Shown one piece after another: positions 16,891 through 25,335 of a DNA stretch of 32,000 nt (positions are counted from its first letter, which is position 1; each line of letters starts with the position of its first letter). Source of the stretch: Akkermansia muciniphila ATCC BAA-835 (GTDB taxonomy: Bacteria > Verrucomicrobiota > Verrucomicrobiia > Verrucomicrobiales > Akkermansiaceae); assembly GCF_000020225.1 (NCBI RefSeq), contig NC_010655.1:60001-92000 (forward strand), given 5' to 3'. Both the position numbers and the translations under genes were made by a program. Below the pieces are notes generated by a model. The model saw only the letters and a program-made list of their open reading frames with translations, was not told the origin of the DNA and ran no database searches.

Positions 16891-17946
16891 ATGCTCTTTG
16901 ACGACTTACTCAACAACCCCGCCAAATGGATGGTGGAATCAAGGGATGAGCACGACATCGTCCTCACCTCCCGCATCCGCCTGGCGCGCAACCTGACCGC
17001 CACCCCCTTTCCCGGCTGGGCCACACGCCAGCAGAGGGAGGAAACGCTGAAGCTCACTTCCGGAGAAGCGCGCCAAATCCCCGTCATGAAGGGAGGCTAT
17101 TATGCGGAGCTCTCCGGACTTACCCAGCAGCAGAAACAGTTGCTGGTGGAACGCCACCTCATTTCCCGGGAACTGGCGGCGCGTTCGGAAGGCTGCGCCG
17201 TCCTCATCTCCCGCAGCCAGAATGCCAGCATCCTCTTTAATGAGGAAGACCATCTGCGCCTGCAGTATATCCTGCCCGGCATCCAGCTTAAAAAAGCATG
17301 GGGGGCCATCTCCAAAATAGACTCCGAACTGGAGGCCAGGCTCCCATACGCCTACAATACGCGGCTGGGCTACATTACCGCCTGTCCCACCAACCTGGGC
17401 ACGGGCATGAGGGCCTCCGTGATGATGCATCTGCCAGGCCTCGTCATCTCCGAACAGATGCAGCAGGTCGTTCAGGCGGCCGCGCAGCTCAACATTACCG
17501 TCCGCGGCCTTTACGGGGAAGGGACGGAAGCCACCGGTAACCTTTTCCAGATATCCAACCAGTCCACGCTGGGGGACAGTGAAGACCAGATTGTGGAACG
17601 CATGACCCGCTTCACCTCCGACCTGGCCCATCAGGAATGGAACGCACGCAGGCGGCTGCTCCAGTCATCTTCCCTGCAGGTGAAGGACCGCGTTTCCCGC
17701 GCCTACGGCCTTCTGACCAATGCCACTCTGCTTTCCACGCAGGAGGCGCTGGCCCTGCTCTCCTTCCTCCGGATGGGAGCGTCTCTGGACATCTTTTCCC
17801 ACCAGGCATTAAAAAACGTCAATAAAACCATCATGAACATCCAGCCGGCCCATCTGGCCCGCCTGTCCACCACGGACCAAACCACTCCGGAACACAGGGA
17901 CCAGATCCGCGCTGATATTATTCGGAAAGAACTTTCCGGCAACTAA
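16891..17946 (+). CDS. mcsB: Protein-arginine kinase McsB (ATP:guanido phosphotransferase family)
   Basis: 351 aa. Phosphagen-kinase catalytic motifs are present: NEEDHLRLQ, GYITACPTNLGTGMRASVMMHLPGL, RGLYGEGTEA.GNLFQISNQ. Confidence 0.88.
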   Translation: MLFDDLLNNPAKWMVESRDEHDIVLTSRIRLARNLTATPFPGWATRQQREETLKLTSGEARQIPVMKGGYYAELSGLTQQQKQLLVERHLISRELAARSEGCAVLISRSQNASILFNEEDHLRLQYILPGIQLKKAWGAISKIDSELEARLPYAYNTRLGYITACPTNLGTGMRASVMMHLPGLVISEQMQQVVQAAAQLNITVRGLYGEGTEATGNLFQISNQSTLGDSEDQIVERMTRFTSDLAHQEWNARRRLLQSSSLQVKDRVSRAYGLLTNATLLSTQEALALLSFLRMGASLDIFSHQALKNVNKTIMNIQPAHLARLSTTDQTTPEHRDQIRADIIRKELSGN

Positions 17947-17974
17947 TGCAACCAAACAATTTTTTTGACCATCC

Positions 17975-20557
17975 ATGAATAATTTTACGCCTAGGGCGCA
18001 ACAAGTGCTGGCGCATGCGCGCCGGGAAGCGGACCGCTTCAATCATCATTACATAGGAACCGAACACCTTCTGCTCGGCCTGCTCAAGCTGGGCAAGGGC
18101 GTGGCCGTCACCATCCTGGAAAATCTGGGCGTGGAGCTTACCGCCGTGCGCAAACAGGTGGAGGAACAAATAGGCCGGGGCACGGAACCCCAGGCGGAGG
18201 GCAACATCCCGTACACCCCCAGGGTGCGCAAAGTCCTGGCAATGGCAAACAGGGAAGCCCAGGAACTCAACCACACGTATGTGGGCACGGAACACCTGCT
18301 CCTGGGCCTCATCCGTGACGGCGACGGCGTGGCCGGACAGATTCTGCGCCACTTCGGCGTGGATTTGGAACAAGCGCGGCGCGAATTGCTGGACGTGCTG
18401 ACCCCCAAATACCAGATGGATGCGGATGAAGACAACATCATCCCGGACGACGATGACGACGAGGAGGAAAATGAATCCCCCGCCATCCCGACGGACGAGC
18501 CTTCCTCCCCCTCCTACTCCAGGCAGCAGAAATCCAAGACACCCGCGCTCCAGGCCTTTGGCCGGGACATGACCCAGCTGGCCCGGGACGGCAAGCTGGA
18601 TCCCGTCATCGGCCGCGCCTCGGAAATTGAGCGCGTCATCCAGATTCTGTGCCGGAGGAACAAAAACAACCCCGTCCTGCTCGGTGAAGCCGGGGTGGGC
18701 AAAACCGCCATCGTGGAAGGGCTGGCCCAGGAAATAGCCCAGGGCCATGTTCCGGAGCTCCTGCGCAGCAAGAGGGTCATCTCCCTGGACCTGGCGCTGA
18801 TGGTGGCTGGCACCAAATACCGCGGTCAGTTTGAGGAACGGCTTAAGGCCGTAATGGATGAAATACGCCGGGAAGGCAATGTCATCCTTTTCATTGATGA
18901 ACTGCACACCATCGTAGGCGCCGGCTCCGCGGAAGGCTCCATGGACGCCTCCAACATCATCAAGCCCGCCCTCTCCCGGGGTGAGCTCCAGGCCATAGGC
19001 GCCACCACGCTCAACGAATACAGGAAACACATTGAGAAGGACGCCGCCCTGGAACGCCGCTTCCAGCAGGTGCAGGTAGGGGAACCCTCCGTGGAGGACA
19101 CCATCCAGATTCTTGCCGGGATCCAGCCCAAGTATGAGGAACATCACAAGGTGCATTATACGAAGGAAGCCGTTGAAGCCGCAGCCAAGCTCTCCCACCG
19201 CTATCTGACGGGCCGGTTCCTGCCGGACAAGGCCATCGACATCCTGGATGAAGCGGGCGCGCGCAAGCGCGTCTCCCAGATGACCCGCCCGGACCACATC
19301 AGCAACATGGAAATCCGCATTGCGGAAATCAAGGAACGCAAGGACAAGGCTGTGGAAACCCAGCTTTTTGAAGAAGCAGCCCGCCTGCGCGACGAGGAAA
19401 AACAAGCCAAGGCGGAACTTCAGAACATGCTGGAAACCTGGCGCAACTCCTATGAGACCAACTACGTTCCCGTGACGGATGAAGACGTGATGAGCGTACT
19501 CGCCAAATGGACGGGCATCCCGCTGGCCCGGATGGAGGAAAAGGAAACCACCAAGCTTCTGCGGATGGAGGAAGAGTTGAAAAGCAAAGTCATCGGCCAG
19601 GACGAGGCGGCTTCCGCCATCGCCCGCGCTCTGCGGCGCAGCCGTGCGGATATCAAGGATCCGCGCCGCCCGATCGGCTCATTCCTCTTCCTGGGCCCCA
19701 CCGGCGTGGGCAAAACCTATCTGGCCCGCAATCTGGCGGAAATCATGTTCGGTACCTCGGACGCCCTGATTCAGGTGGACATGAGCGAGTACATGGAAAA
19801 ACACACCACGTCCCGTCTCATCGGTTCTCCTCCCGGCTATGTAGGCCATGACGAAGGCGGACAGCTCACGGAAGCCGTCCGGCGCAGGCCCTACTCCGTC
19901 ATCCTCTTTGATGAAGTGGAAAAGGCCCATCCGGACGTCATGAACCTGCTTCTCCAGATTTTGGAAGAAGGCAGCGTAACAGACTCGCTGGGACGCAAGA
20001 TCAACTTCCGCAACACCATCATCATCCTGACCTCCAATGTGGGGGCCGCTTCCGCCAAACGGCAGAGCACCATGGGCTTCGGCGCCATGGCCGCCGACAA
20101 CGCGGACTACGCCGCCATGAAGGAAAAGATTCTGGAAGCGGCGCGCAAGCAATTCCGGCCGGAATTCCTGAACCGATTTGATGACATTTCTGTCTTCCGC
20201 ATGCTGGAACGGGACGACCTGGAACGCATCGTGCATCTGGAAGCGGACAAGCTCATCTCCCGTCTCAAGACCAAGAATATCACGCTTGCCCTGAGCCAGG
20301 AAGCTCTGAGCCTGATCATCAAGAACGGCTATGACCCGCAGTACGGCGCCCGCCCGATGCGCCGCGCCATCGAACGCCTGCTGGAAGACCCGCTGGCGGA
20401 ATCCCTGCTGAGGGGAGACGTGAAACCCGGCGATAAAATTGAAGCCGTGGAAACGGACGGGACGGAGACGCTCACCTTCCTGCACATCAAGGACAAAAAA
20501 CCAGCCAGGCCCAAAGCGCCGCGCAAGAGAACGCCGCGGAAACCCAAGGCGGAATAA
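17975..20557 (+). CDS. clpC: ATP-dependent Clp protease ATP-binding subunit ClpC (class I AAA+, two NBDs)
   Basis: 860 aa. It has the repeated Clp N-domain ([13 protein letters not shown] / [13 protein letters not shown]) and D1 Walker [13 protein letters not shown]-like middle motif ([11 protein letters not shown]) and D2 Walker A GPTGVGKT are also present, as is the sensor motif GARPMRR. It follows mcsA-mcsB. Confidence 0.92.
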   Translation: MNNFTPRAQQVLAHARREADRFNHHYIGTEHLLLGLLKLGKGVAVTILENLGVELTAVRKQVEEQIGRGTEPQAEGNIPYTPRVRKVLAMANREAQELNHTYVGTEHLLLGLIRDGDGVAGQILRHFGVDLEQARRELLDVLTPKYQMDADEDNIIPDDDDDEEENESPAIPTDEPSSPSYSRQQKSKTPALQAFGRDMTQLARDGKLDPVIGRASEIERVIQILCRRNKNNPVLLGEAGVGKTAIVEGLAQEIAQGHVPELLRSKRVISLDLALMVAGTKYRGQFEERLKAVMDEIRREGNVILFIDELHTIVGAGSAEGSMDASNIIKPALSRGELQAIGATTLNEYRKHIEKDAALERRFQQVQVGEPSVEDTIQILAGIQPKYEEHHKVHYTKEAVEAAAKLSHRYLTGRFLPDKAIDILDEAGARKRVSQMTRPDHISNMEIRIAEIKERKDKAVETQLFEEAARLRDEEKQAKAELQNMLETWRNSYETNYVPVTDEDVMSVLAKWTGIPLARMEEKETTKLLRMEEELKSKVIGQDEAASAIARALRRSRADIKDPRRPIGSFLFLGPTGVGKTYLARNLAEIMFGTSDALIQVDMSEYMEKHTTSRLIGSPPGYVGHDEGGQLTEAVRRRPYSVILFDEVEKAHPDVMNLLLQILEEGSVTDSLGRKINFRNTIIILTSNVGAASAKRQSTMGFGAMAADNADYAAMKEKILEAARKQFRPEFLNRFDDISVFRMLERDDLERIVHLEADKLISRLKTKNITLALSQEALSLIIKNGYDPQYGARPMRRAIERLLEDPLAESLLRGDVKPGDKIEAVETDGTETLTFLHIKDKKPARPKAPRKRTPRKPKAE

Positions 20558-20580
20558 ACGCTTTTAGGCTTTTCAACCAG

Positions 20581-20612
20581 GGCCCCTGCATGTTGACATG
20601 CAGGGGCCTTTT
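20581..20612 (+). terminator. Rho-independent terminator after clpC
   Basis: 12-bp stem GGCCCCTGCATG / CATGCAGGGGCC with loop TTGA, followed by TTTTC. Confidence 0.8.
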
Positions 20613-20687
20613 CATTGGGCCGGATTCCGCGGAACTGCCATTTCCATCCCCTGAAAGGACAATGACCCTCCCTGCGTATTTACGGGC

Positions 20688-23234
20688 ATGATCTCATCCT
20701 TTCCCAGAATTCTGATCTTTCTGATGATGGCAAGCCTGCATGTATTCGCGGAAGACATGCAGAAAAACAGGGAACGGGAAGCCGCCCGCGCAGTCATCAT
20801 GCGGACCGTGCCGTCTCTGGCCGCCTCCCCGGAAAAACTGCACCTGGAAACCATTGAAAAAGAAGACGGATATGATGTTTTCGAGACGAAAGCCTCCGGA
20901 GGAGTGCTGACGATCCGGGGAAGCAGCGGCACAGCCCTTTGCCGGGGATTCTATGATTTTCTGAAAACGAACCGTCTGGGAATGGTATCCTGGGAAAACA
21001 AAGACATTCGCTGGCCGGCACAGCTGCCGGACACCGCGCCGCGCCGCATCGTTTCTCCTTTCCGCAACCACTATTATTTCAATGTGGTCACCTATGGATA
21101 CACGATGCCCTACTGGACCTGGGAACGCTGGGAAAAGGAAATAGACTGGATGGCTCTGCACGGCATCAACATGCCCCTGGCTCTGGTTGCCACGGAGGGG
21201 ATCGCCGTCCGGGTCTGGAAGCAACTGGGGCTGACGGAAAAAGAAATAGAAGAATTTTACACGGGGCCGGCCCATCTTCCCTGGCAGCGGATGGGAAACA
21301 TCGTCAATCATGACGGCCCCCTGCCCGCCAGCTGGCACAAGGAACAAATCGCCCTGCAGCACCGCATCCTGCACAGGATGAAATCCTTGGGCATGACCCC
21401 CATTTGTCCCGCTTTTTCCGGTTTCGTTCCCCGGGGAATCCTCCGCCTTTATCCGGAAGCGAAGCTTCACCGGCTGGGGTGGGGAGGCTGGCCTCAAAAA
21501 AACCACGCCCATTTTCTTTCTCCGGAAGAGCCCCTTTTCCTTAAAATAGGACGCCTGTACATGCAGGAATGGCAGAAGGAATTCGGAAAAAACACCTATT
21601 TTCTTGCGGACTCCTTCAATGAAATGGAACTTCCCGAAAACAAAGGAGGCGTCGAAGCCCGCAACAATATGCTCAGCTCCCTCGGGGAACAAATCTACCG
21701 CTCCATTTCCTCCACCAACCCGGATGCGGTATGGGTCATGCAGGGATGGATGTTCGGATACCAGCGCAATATCTGGAACGCAGATACTCTGAAGGCTTTG
21801 CTCAGCAAGGTTCCGGACGATAAGATGCTCCTTCTGGACCTGGCGGCGGATTACAACAAGACTTTCTGGCGCAACGGCATGAACTGGGACGTCTTCAAGG
21901 GTTTTTTCAATAAACCGTGGGTTTACAGCGTGGTTCCCAACATGGGCGGCAAATGCGCCATGACCGGGGTAATGGATTTTTACGCCAACGGCCATCTGGA
22001 AGCCTTGAACTCTTCATCCAGGGGGCGCCTCTCCGGAATGGGCATGGCCCCGGAAGGAATAGAAAATAACGATGTGATCTACGAACTGATCACGGATGCC
22101 GCATGGAGGAACCGCCAGGAAAACGTGGAACAATATCTGGAAAATTATTGCCGTGCCCGATACGGAAATTATCCGGACAGCATGAAGGAAGCCTGGAATC
22201 TGTTCCGCCGCACAGCCTATTCCAACTTAAAGGACCATCCCCGTTTCAACTGGCAAATGAAACCCGGCACCCGCGGCTGTTCCGTAAACACAAGCGAAGA
22301 TTTTCTGAAAGGCCTCTCCCTGTTCGTCAACACCCGCGGCCTGGAACAATCCCCCCTGTTCCGCCAGGATGCCGTTGAGATGGCAGTCCATTATCTTGGC
22401 ATACGCATGAATGAAGCCATCCGGGCCGCCCAGGAAGCTCTGGACGAACAGGATCAGGAAAACGCGGAAAAATGCATGGCCTATTTCCGCAAATACGCCC
22501 TTCTGGCAGATTCCCTTCTGGAAGGGCACCCCACCTGGAGGCTGTCGCGCTGGATATCGTTTGCCCGGTCTCACGGAACTTCTCCTGAGGAAAAAAACAA
22601 GTATGAACAAAACGCCAGAAGGCTGGTGACCAGATGGGGGCCTCCCGTAGACGACTACGCCGCCAAAATATGGAGCGGCCTTATCAGGGACTACTATCTG
22701 CCGCGCTGGGAACACTTTATTCAGAGCCGTCTTTCCGAAAAAAATCCGGATATGGGAGCATGGGAGGAAAAATGGGTCCGTTCCACTGGCGTAAGCGCTG
22801 CGCACGCTCCCGGAGATCTGGTCAACGCCTGCCGCCAGGCTATCCGGGAGGCGCCGCCCCTGCCTTCTTCCCTGAAAAGAAAAGCAGCCGGATCAATTAT
22901 AGGAAACTGGACCTCCGCGACGGTATCCACGGAATGGAGTTATCTGGACTGGCCCGTTTCTTCCGCTGATCTTGAAAAACTCCGGGGGGTGCGCTTCGTC
23001 TTCACTTCCGGCAGCCATGCCCTAGAAATAGACGGCGTCGAACTCCTGGAAAACGGCAAAGTAATCGCCCACGACCGGCACGCCGGATTGGCAGGCAAGC
23101 CTTCCCGCGGGAATTTCTACAAACTTTCCCTTCCCAAGGGAATCCATGCCAACAACGGATGCTCCCTCAGAGCCAGGGTCCGCTCCGTGGGCGGAAAATC
23201 CTCCAATGGGAAACTGGAACTGATTAAAGAATGA
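20688..23234 (+). CDS. Secreted GH89-family alpha-N-acetylglucosaminidase (NAGLU-like) with an extra C-terminal beta-rich module
   Basis: 848 aa. Signal peptide MISSFPRILIFLMMASLHVFA. NAGLU-type core is present: YYFNVVTYGYTMPYWTWERWEKEIDWMALHGINMPLA, GPAHLPWQRMGN, FSGFVP, ADSFNEM, WVMQGW, VPNMGG. The last roughly 130 aa look like a carbohydrate-binding module. Confidence 0.85.
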   Translation: MISSFPRILIFLMMASLHVFAEDMQKNREREAARAVIMRTVPSLAASPEKLHLETIEKEDGYDVFETKASGGVLTIRGSSGTALCRGFYDFLKTNRLGMVSWENKDIRWPAQLPDTAPRRIVSPFRNHYYFNVVTYGYTMPYWTWERWEKEIDWMALHGINMPLALVATEGIAVRVWKQLGLTEKEIEEFYTGPAHLPWQRMGNIVNHDGPLPASWHKEQIALQHRILHRMKSLGMTPICPAFSGFVPRGILRLYPEAKLHRLGWGGWPQKNHAHFLSPEEPLFLKIGRLYMQEWQKEFGKNTYFLADSFNEMELPENKGGVEARNNMLSSLGEQIYRSISSTNPDAVWVMQGWMFGYQRNIWNADTLKALLSKVPDDKMLLLDLAADYNKTFWRNGMNWDVFKGFFNKPWVYSVVPNMGGKCAMTGVMDFYANGHLEALNSSSRGRLSGMGMAPEGIENNDVIYELITDAAWRNRQENVEQYLENYCRARYGNYPDSMKEAWNLFRRTAYSNLKDHPRFNWQMKPGTRGCSVNTSEDFLKGLSLFVNTRGLEQSPLFRQDAVEMAVHYLGIRMNEAIRAAQEALDEQDQENAEKCMAYFRKYALLADSLLEGHPTWRLSRWISFARSHGTSPEEKNKYEQNARRLVTRWGPPVDDYAAKIWSGLIRDYYLPRWEHFIQSRLSEKNPDMGAWEEKWVRSTGVSAAHAPGDLVNACRQAIREAPPLPSSLKRKAAGSIIGNWTSATVSTEWSYLDWPVSSADLEKLRGVRFVFTSGSHALEIDGVELLENGKVIAHDRHAGLAGKPSRGNFYKLSLPKGIHANNGCSLRARVRSVGGKSSNGKLELIKE

Positions 23235-23559
23235 ACGGCTTAAATTCAGTTAGAATTATCCACTTTAGGTTTGACAAATATCACCAAAATTAACTTATAA
23301 ATAGTCATAAATTATTTTGAATTAAAATAGATCTATATTTCAACCATTGTAAGTCAGATCTTCTACATCAAGGGAACGATTTTTGAAAACATCTATCTTG
23401 ACTTATGTATGTTGTTGTATGCAGATAAATCATCTACACGAAGTATATTGCACTAGATACACAAAGCAATGGAGAAAGAGGAATACAAGTAAATATTTGA
23501 AGCTATTATTAAAGTGAACGAAAACCATGTAGTGGATAAACCTTGCTAAGACAATAAAC

Positions 23560-23781
23560 ATGGAGAAACAAATGGATAAGGATGACGAAAACAAACCAAA
23601 GACAAAACGAGGCAAGAGGACATACACAACTACTTTGATTGGGGCGAAAGAATATAATACCGAAAAAATCCATGCAGTAATTTCAAATTTTAACAAACCC
23701 GACAATCTATTAAGTGGAAAACAATATCTCAATATTTCCAAAAAAGTTCGCAAAAAAATAACATCCATAATAATTGACTAA
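23560..23781 (+). CDS. Hypothetical small basic protein (73 aa) at the left end of the islet
   Basis: Lys-rich ORF (MEKQMDKDDENKPKTKRGKRTYTT..). Its purine-rich sense strand is typical of AT-rich coding DNA. There is no recognisable motif and no clear RBS. The overlapping antisense ORF 23430-23768 looks like a shadow. Confidence 0.3.
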   Translation: MEKQMDKDDENKPKTKRGKRTYTTTLIGAKEYNTEKIHAVISNFNKPDNLLSGKQYLNISKKVRKKITSIIID

Positions 23782-23949
23782 TCTTCAGTCTACAACATAC
23801 TTGATAAAAAAGGAATGTGCTTTTATGTAGTTGAAAATTGACCATTCCGTAACTTTTTCTCTTGAAAGCAGGATACACATGAATGGAATTGAGAGCTTTT
23901 GAATACTGTTCACAATGGTTTTTGATAAATTGGCCGAGTTGTTCGTGGC

Positions 23950-23978
23950 TTGATAATTTTAGAAGATGGTATTATAAT
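23950..23978 (+). promoter_or_regulatory. Sigma-70-like promoter candidate for the methyltransferase (TTGATA-N17-TATAAT)
   Basis: TTGATA at 23950-23955, an exact 17-nt spacer and a consensus TATAAT at 23973-23978. It lies 39 nt upstream of ATG 24017. Motif match only. Confidence 0.5.
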
Positions 23979-24016
23979 TCTTGACATCTATTTTCGTACT
24001 AACTAATCACACGTCC

Positions 24017-25335
24017 ATGCAGGAAGCAGGAAGCAGGAAGCAGGAAGCAGGAAGCAGGAAGCAGGAAGCAGGAAGCAGGAAGCAGGAAGCAGGAAGCAGG
24101 AAGCAGGAAGCAGGAAGCAGGAAGCAGGAAGCAGGAAGCAGGAAGCAGGAAGCAGGAAGCAGGAAGCAGGAAGCAGGAAGCAGGAAGCAGGAAGCAGGAA
24201 GCAGGAAACGCTTCCTCTCCAATGTGATGATTTCGAATTAACTAACGAATATCTAGATTATTTATCAGAGCAAATAATCACATATATAGGAAACAAGCGA
24301 TCCCTGCTTGATTTTATAGGAAAAGGGATAGAAGTGGTTTGTAAGAGGTTGGGAAGGAACAAAATAAGCAGTTTGGATGCTTTTTCTGGTTCTGGGGTGG
24401 TTTCCCGATATTTGAGACGCTTTTCTTCAAGCCTCCATTGTAACGACTTGGAAGATTATTCAAGGGTTATCAATGAGTGCTACATGACCAATGAATCTTC
24501 TGTAGATATTATCTTGCTTAAAAACGAGCTATCTTGCCTTCATAAAAGAATTGAAGAATCTTGGCATGAAGGAGTTATTACAAAAATGTATGCTCCTGCC
24601 GATGAAGATAATATAACACAAAATGATAGGGTTTTCTACACAAAAAGGAACGCTATGTACATTGATACAGCAAGGCAAGCGATTGATGAACTTGCTCCTG
24701 ATCTAAGAAAGTTCTTCTTGGCTCCACTGTTGTATGAAGCCTCTGTGCACAACAATACATCAGGTGTTTTCAAGGGGTTCTATAAAAATCACGAAGGGAT
24801 TGGGCAGTTTGGGGGACATGGGAAAAATGCACTAAAACGCATATTGGGAAATATTGAACTGAAACTCCCTGTTTTTTCTCGATTTGATGTTGACTGCTAC
24901 ATTCACCAACAGGATGCACGACAACTAATGGAAACAATACAGGCGGTTGATCTTGCATATTTTGACCCTCCTTATAACCAACACCCCTATGGCTCAAATT
25001 ATTTCATGCTCAATTTAATAGCAAATAATAAAAAACCACTGTCATTTTCCCGAGTTTCTGGAATCCCTGACGACTGGAACCGTTCTCTCTATAATAAACG
25101 CCAATCAGCTCAGAATGAATTGTTTTCAACCGTCCAAGCCTGCCCCGCAAAGTTCATCCTAATATCTTATAATTCAGAGGGATTTGTGAAATACAACGAC
25201 TTTATCAACTTCCTCTCCAAAATAGGTAAATTGCAATCCTTACAAACTGATTATAACACATTCAGAGGGTGCAGAAATCTTAACGAACGCCCAATAAAAG
25301 TTAAGGAATTCCTCTTCCTTGTCGAAAAATTCTAA
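24017..25335 (+). CDS. N6-adenine DNA methyltransferase (Dam/D12-like, motif I before DPPY), with its 5' end interrupted by the heptamer tract; ATG and enzyme body are out of frame as sequenced
   Basis: The enzyme frame is open from 24007 to 25335. It encodes ..EQIITYIGNKRSLLDFI.. (24268-24318), motif I LDAFSGSGVV (FSGSG at 24382-24396) and motif IV FDPPYN (DPPY at 24964-24975). The C-terminal motif is FILISYNSEG. The only upstream ATG (24017) enters the repeat in a different frame and terminates at TAA 24239-24241. The first in-frame start in the enzyme frame is GTG 24334, downstream of the conserved N-terminal motif. Confidence 0.8.
24019..24207 (+). repeat. Perfect tandem heptanucleotide repeat (GCAGGAA)x27
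   Basis: Counted by hand: 189 nt with 27 uninterrupted units. The G of ATG 24017-24019 is the first base of the tract. It is stop-free in all six frames: (AGSRKQE)n forward and (FLLPASC)n reverse. Confidence 0.98.

Noticed and set aside
17918-19405. 495-aa minus-strand ORF opposite clpC
   Set aside because: This is an antisense shadow. ClpC Walker motifs are unambiguous on the plus strand.
20694-21995. 433-aa minus-strand ORF opposite the GH89 gene
   Set aside because: This is an antisense shadow with no motifs. The GH89 core is on the plus strand.
23430-23768. 112-aa minus-strand hydrophobic ORF in the islet
   Set aside because: It is the mirror image of a Lys/Glu-rich plus-strand ORF. 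Its Phe/Leu/Val-rich, pseudo-TM composition is the usual artefact of reading AT-rich purine-biased coding DNA backwards.
24019-24207. Whether the tandem repeat could be a CRISPR array
   Set aside because: The units are 7 nt long and directly abutting, with no spacers, and no cas genes are nearby. It is a simple-sequence repeat.
23981-24241. ORFs made of the repeat itself: 23981-24241 (+) (QEAGSRK)n and 24007-24222 (-) (FLLPASC)n
   Set aside because: They exist only because the heptamer has no stop in any frame. The plus one is better explained as the out-of-frame 5' end of the methyltransferase. The minus one has no start context or downstream partner.
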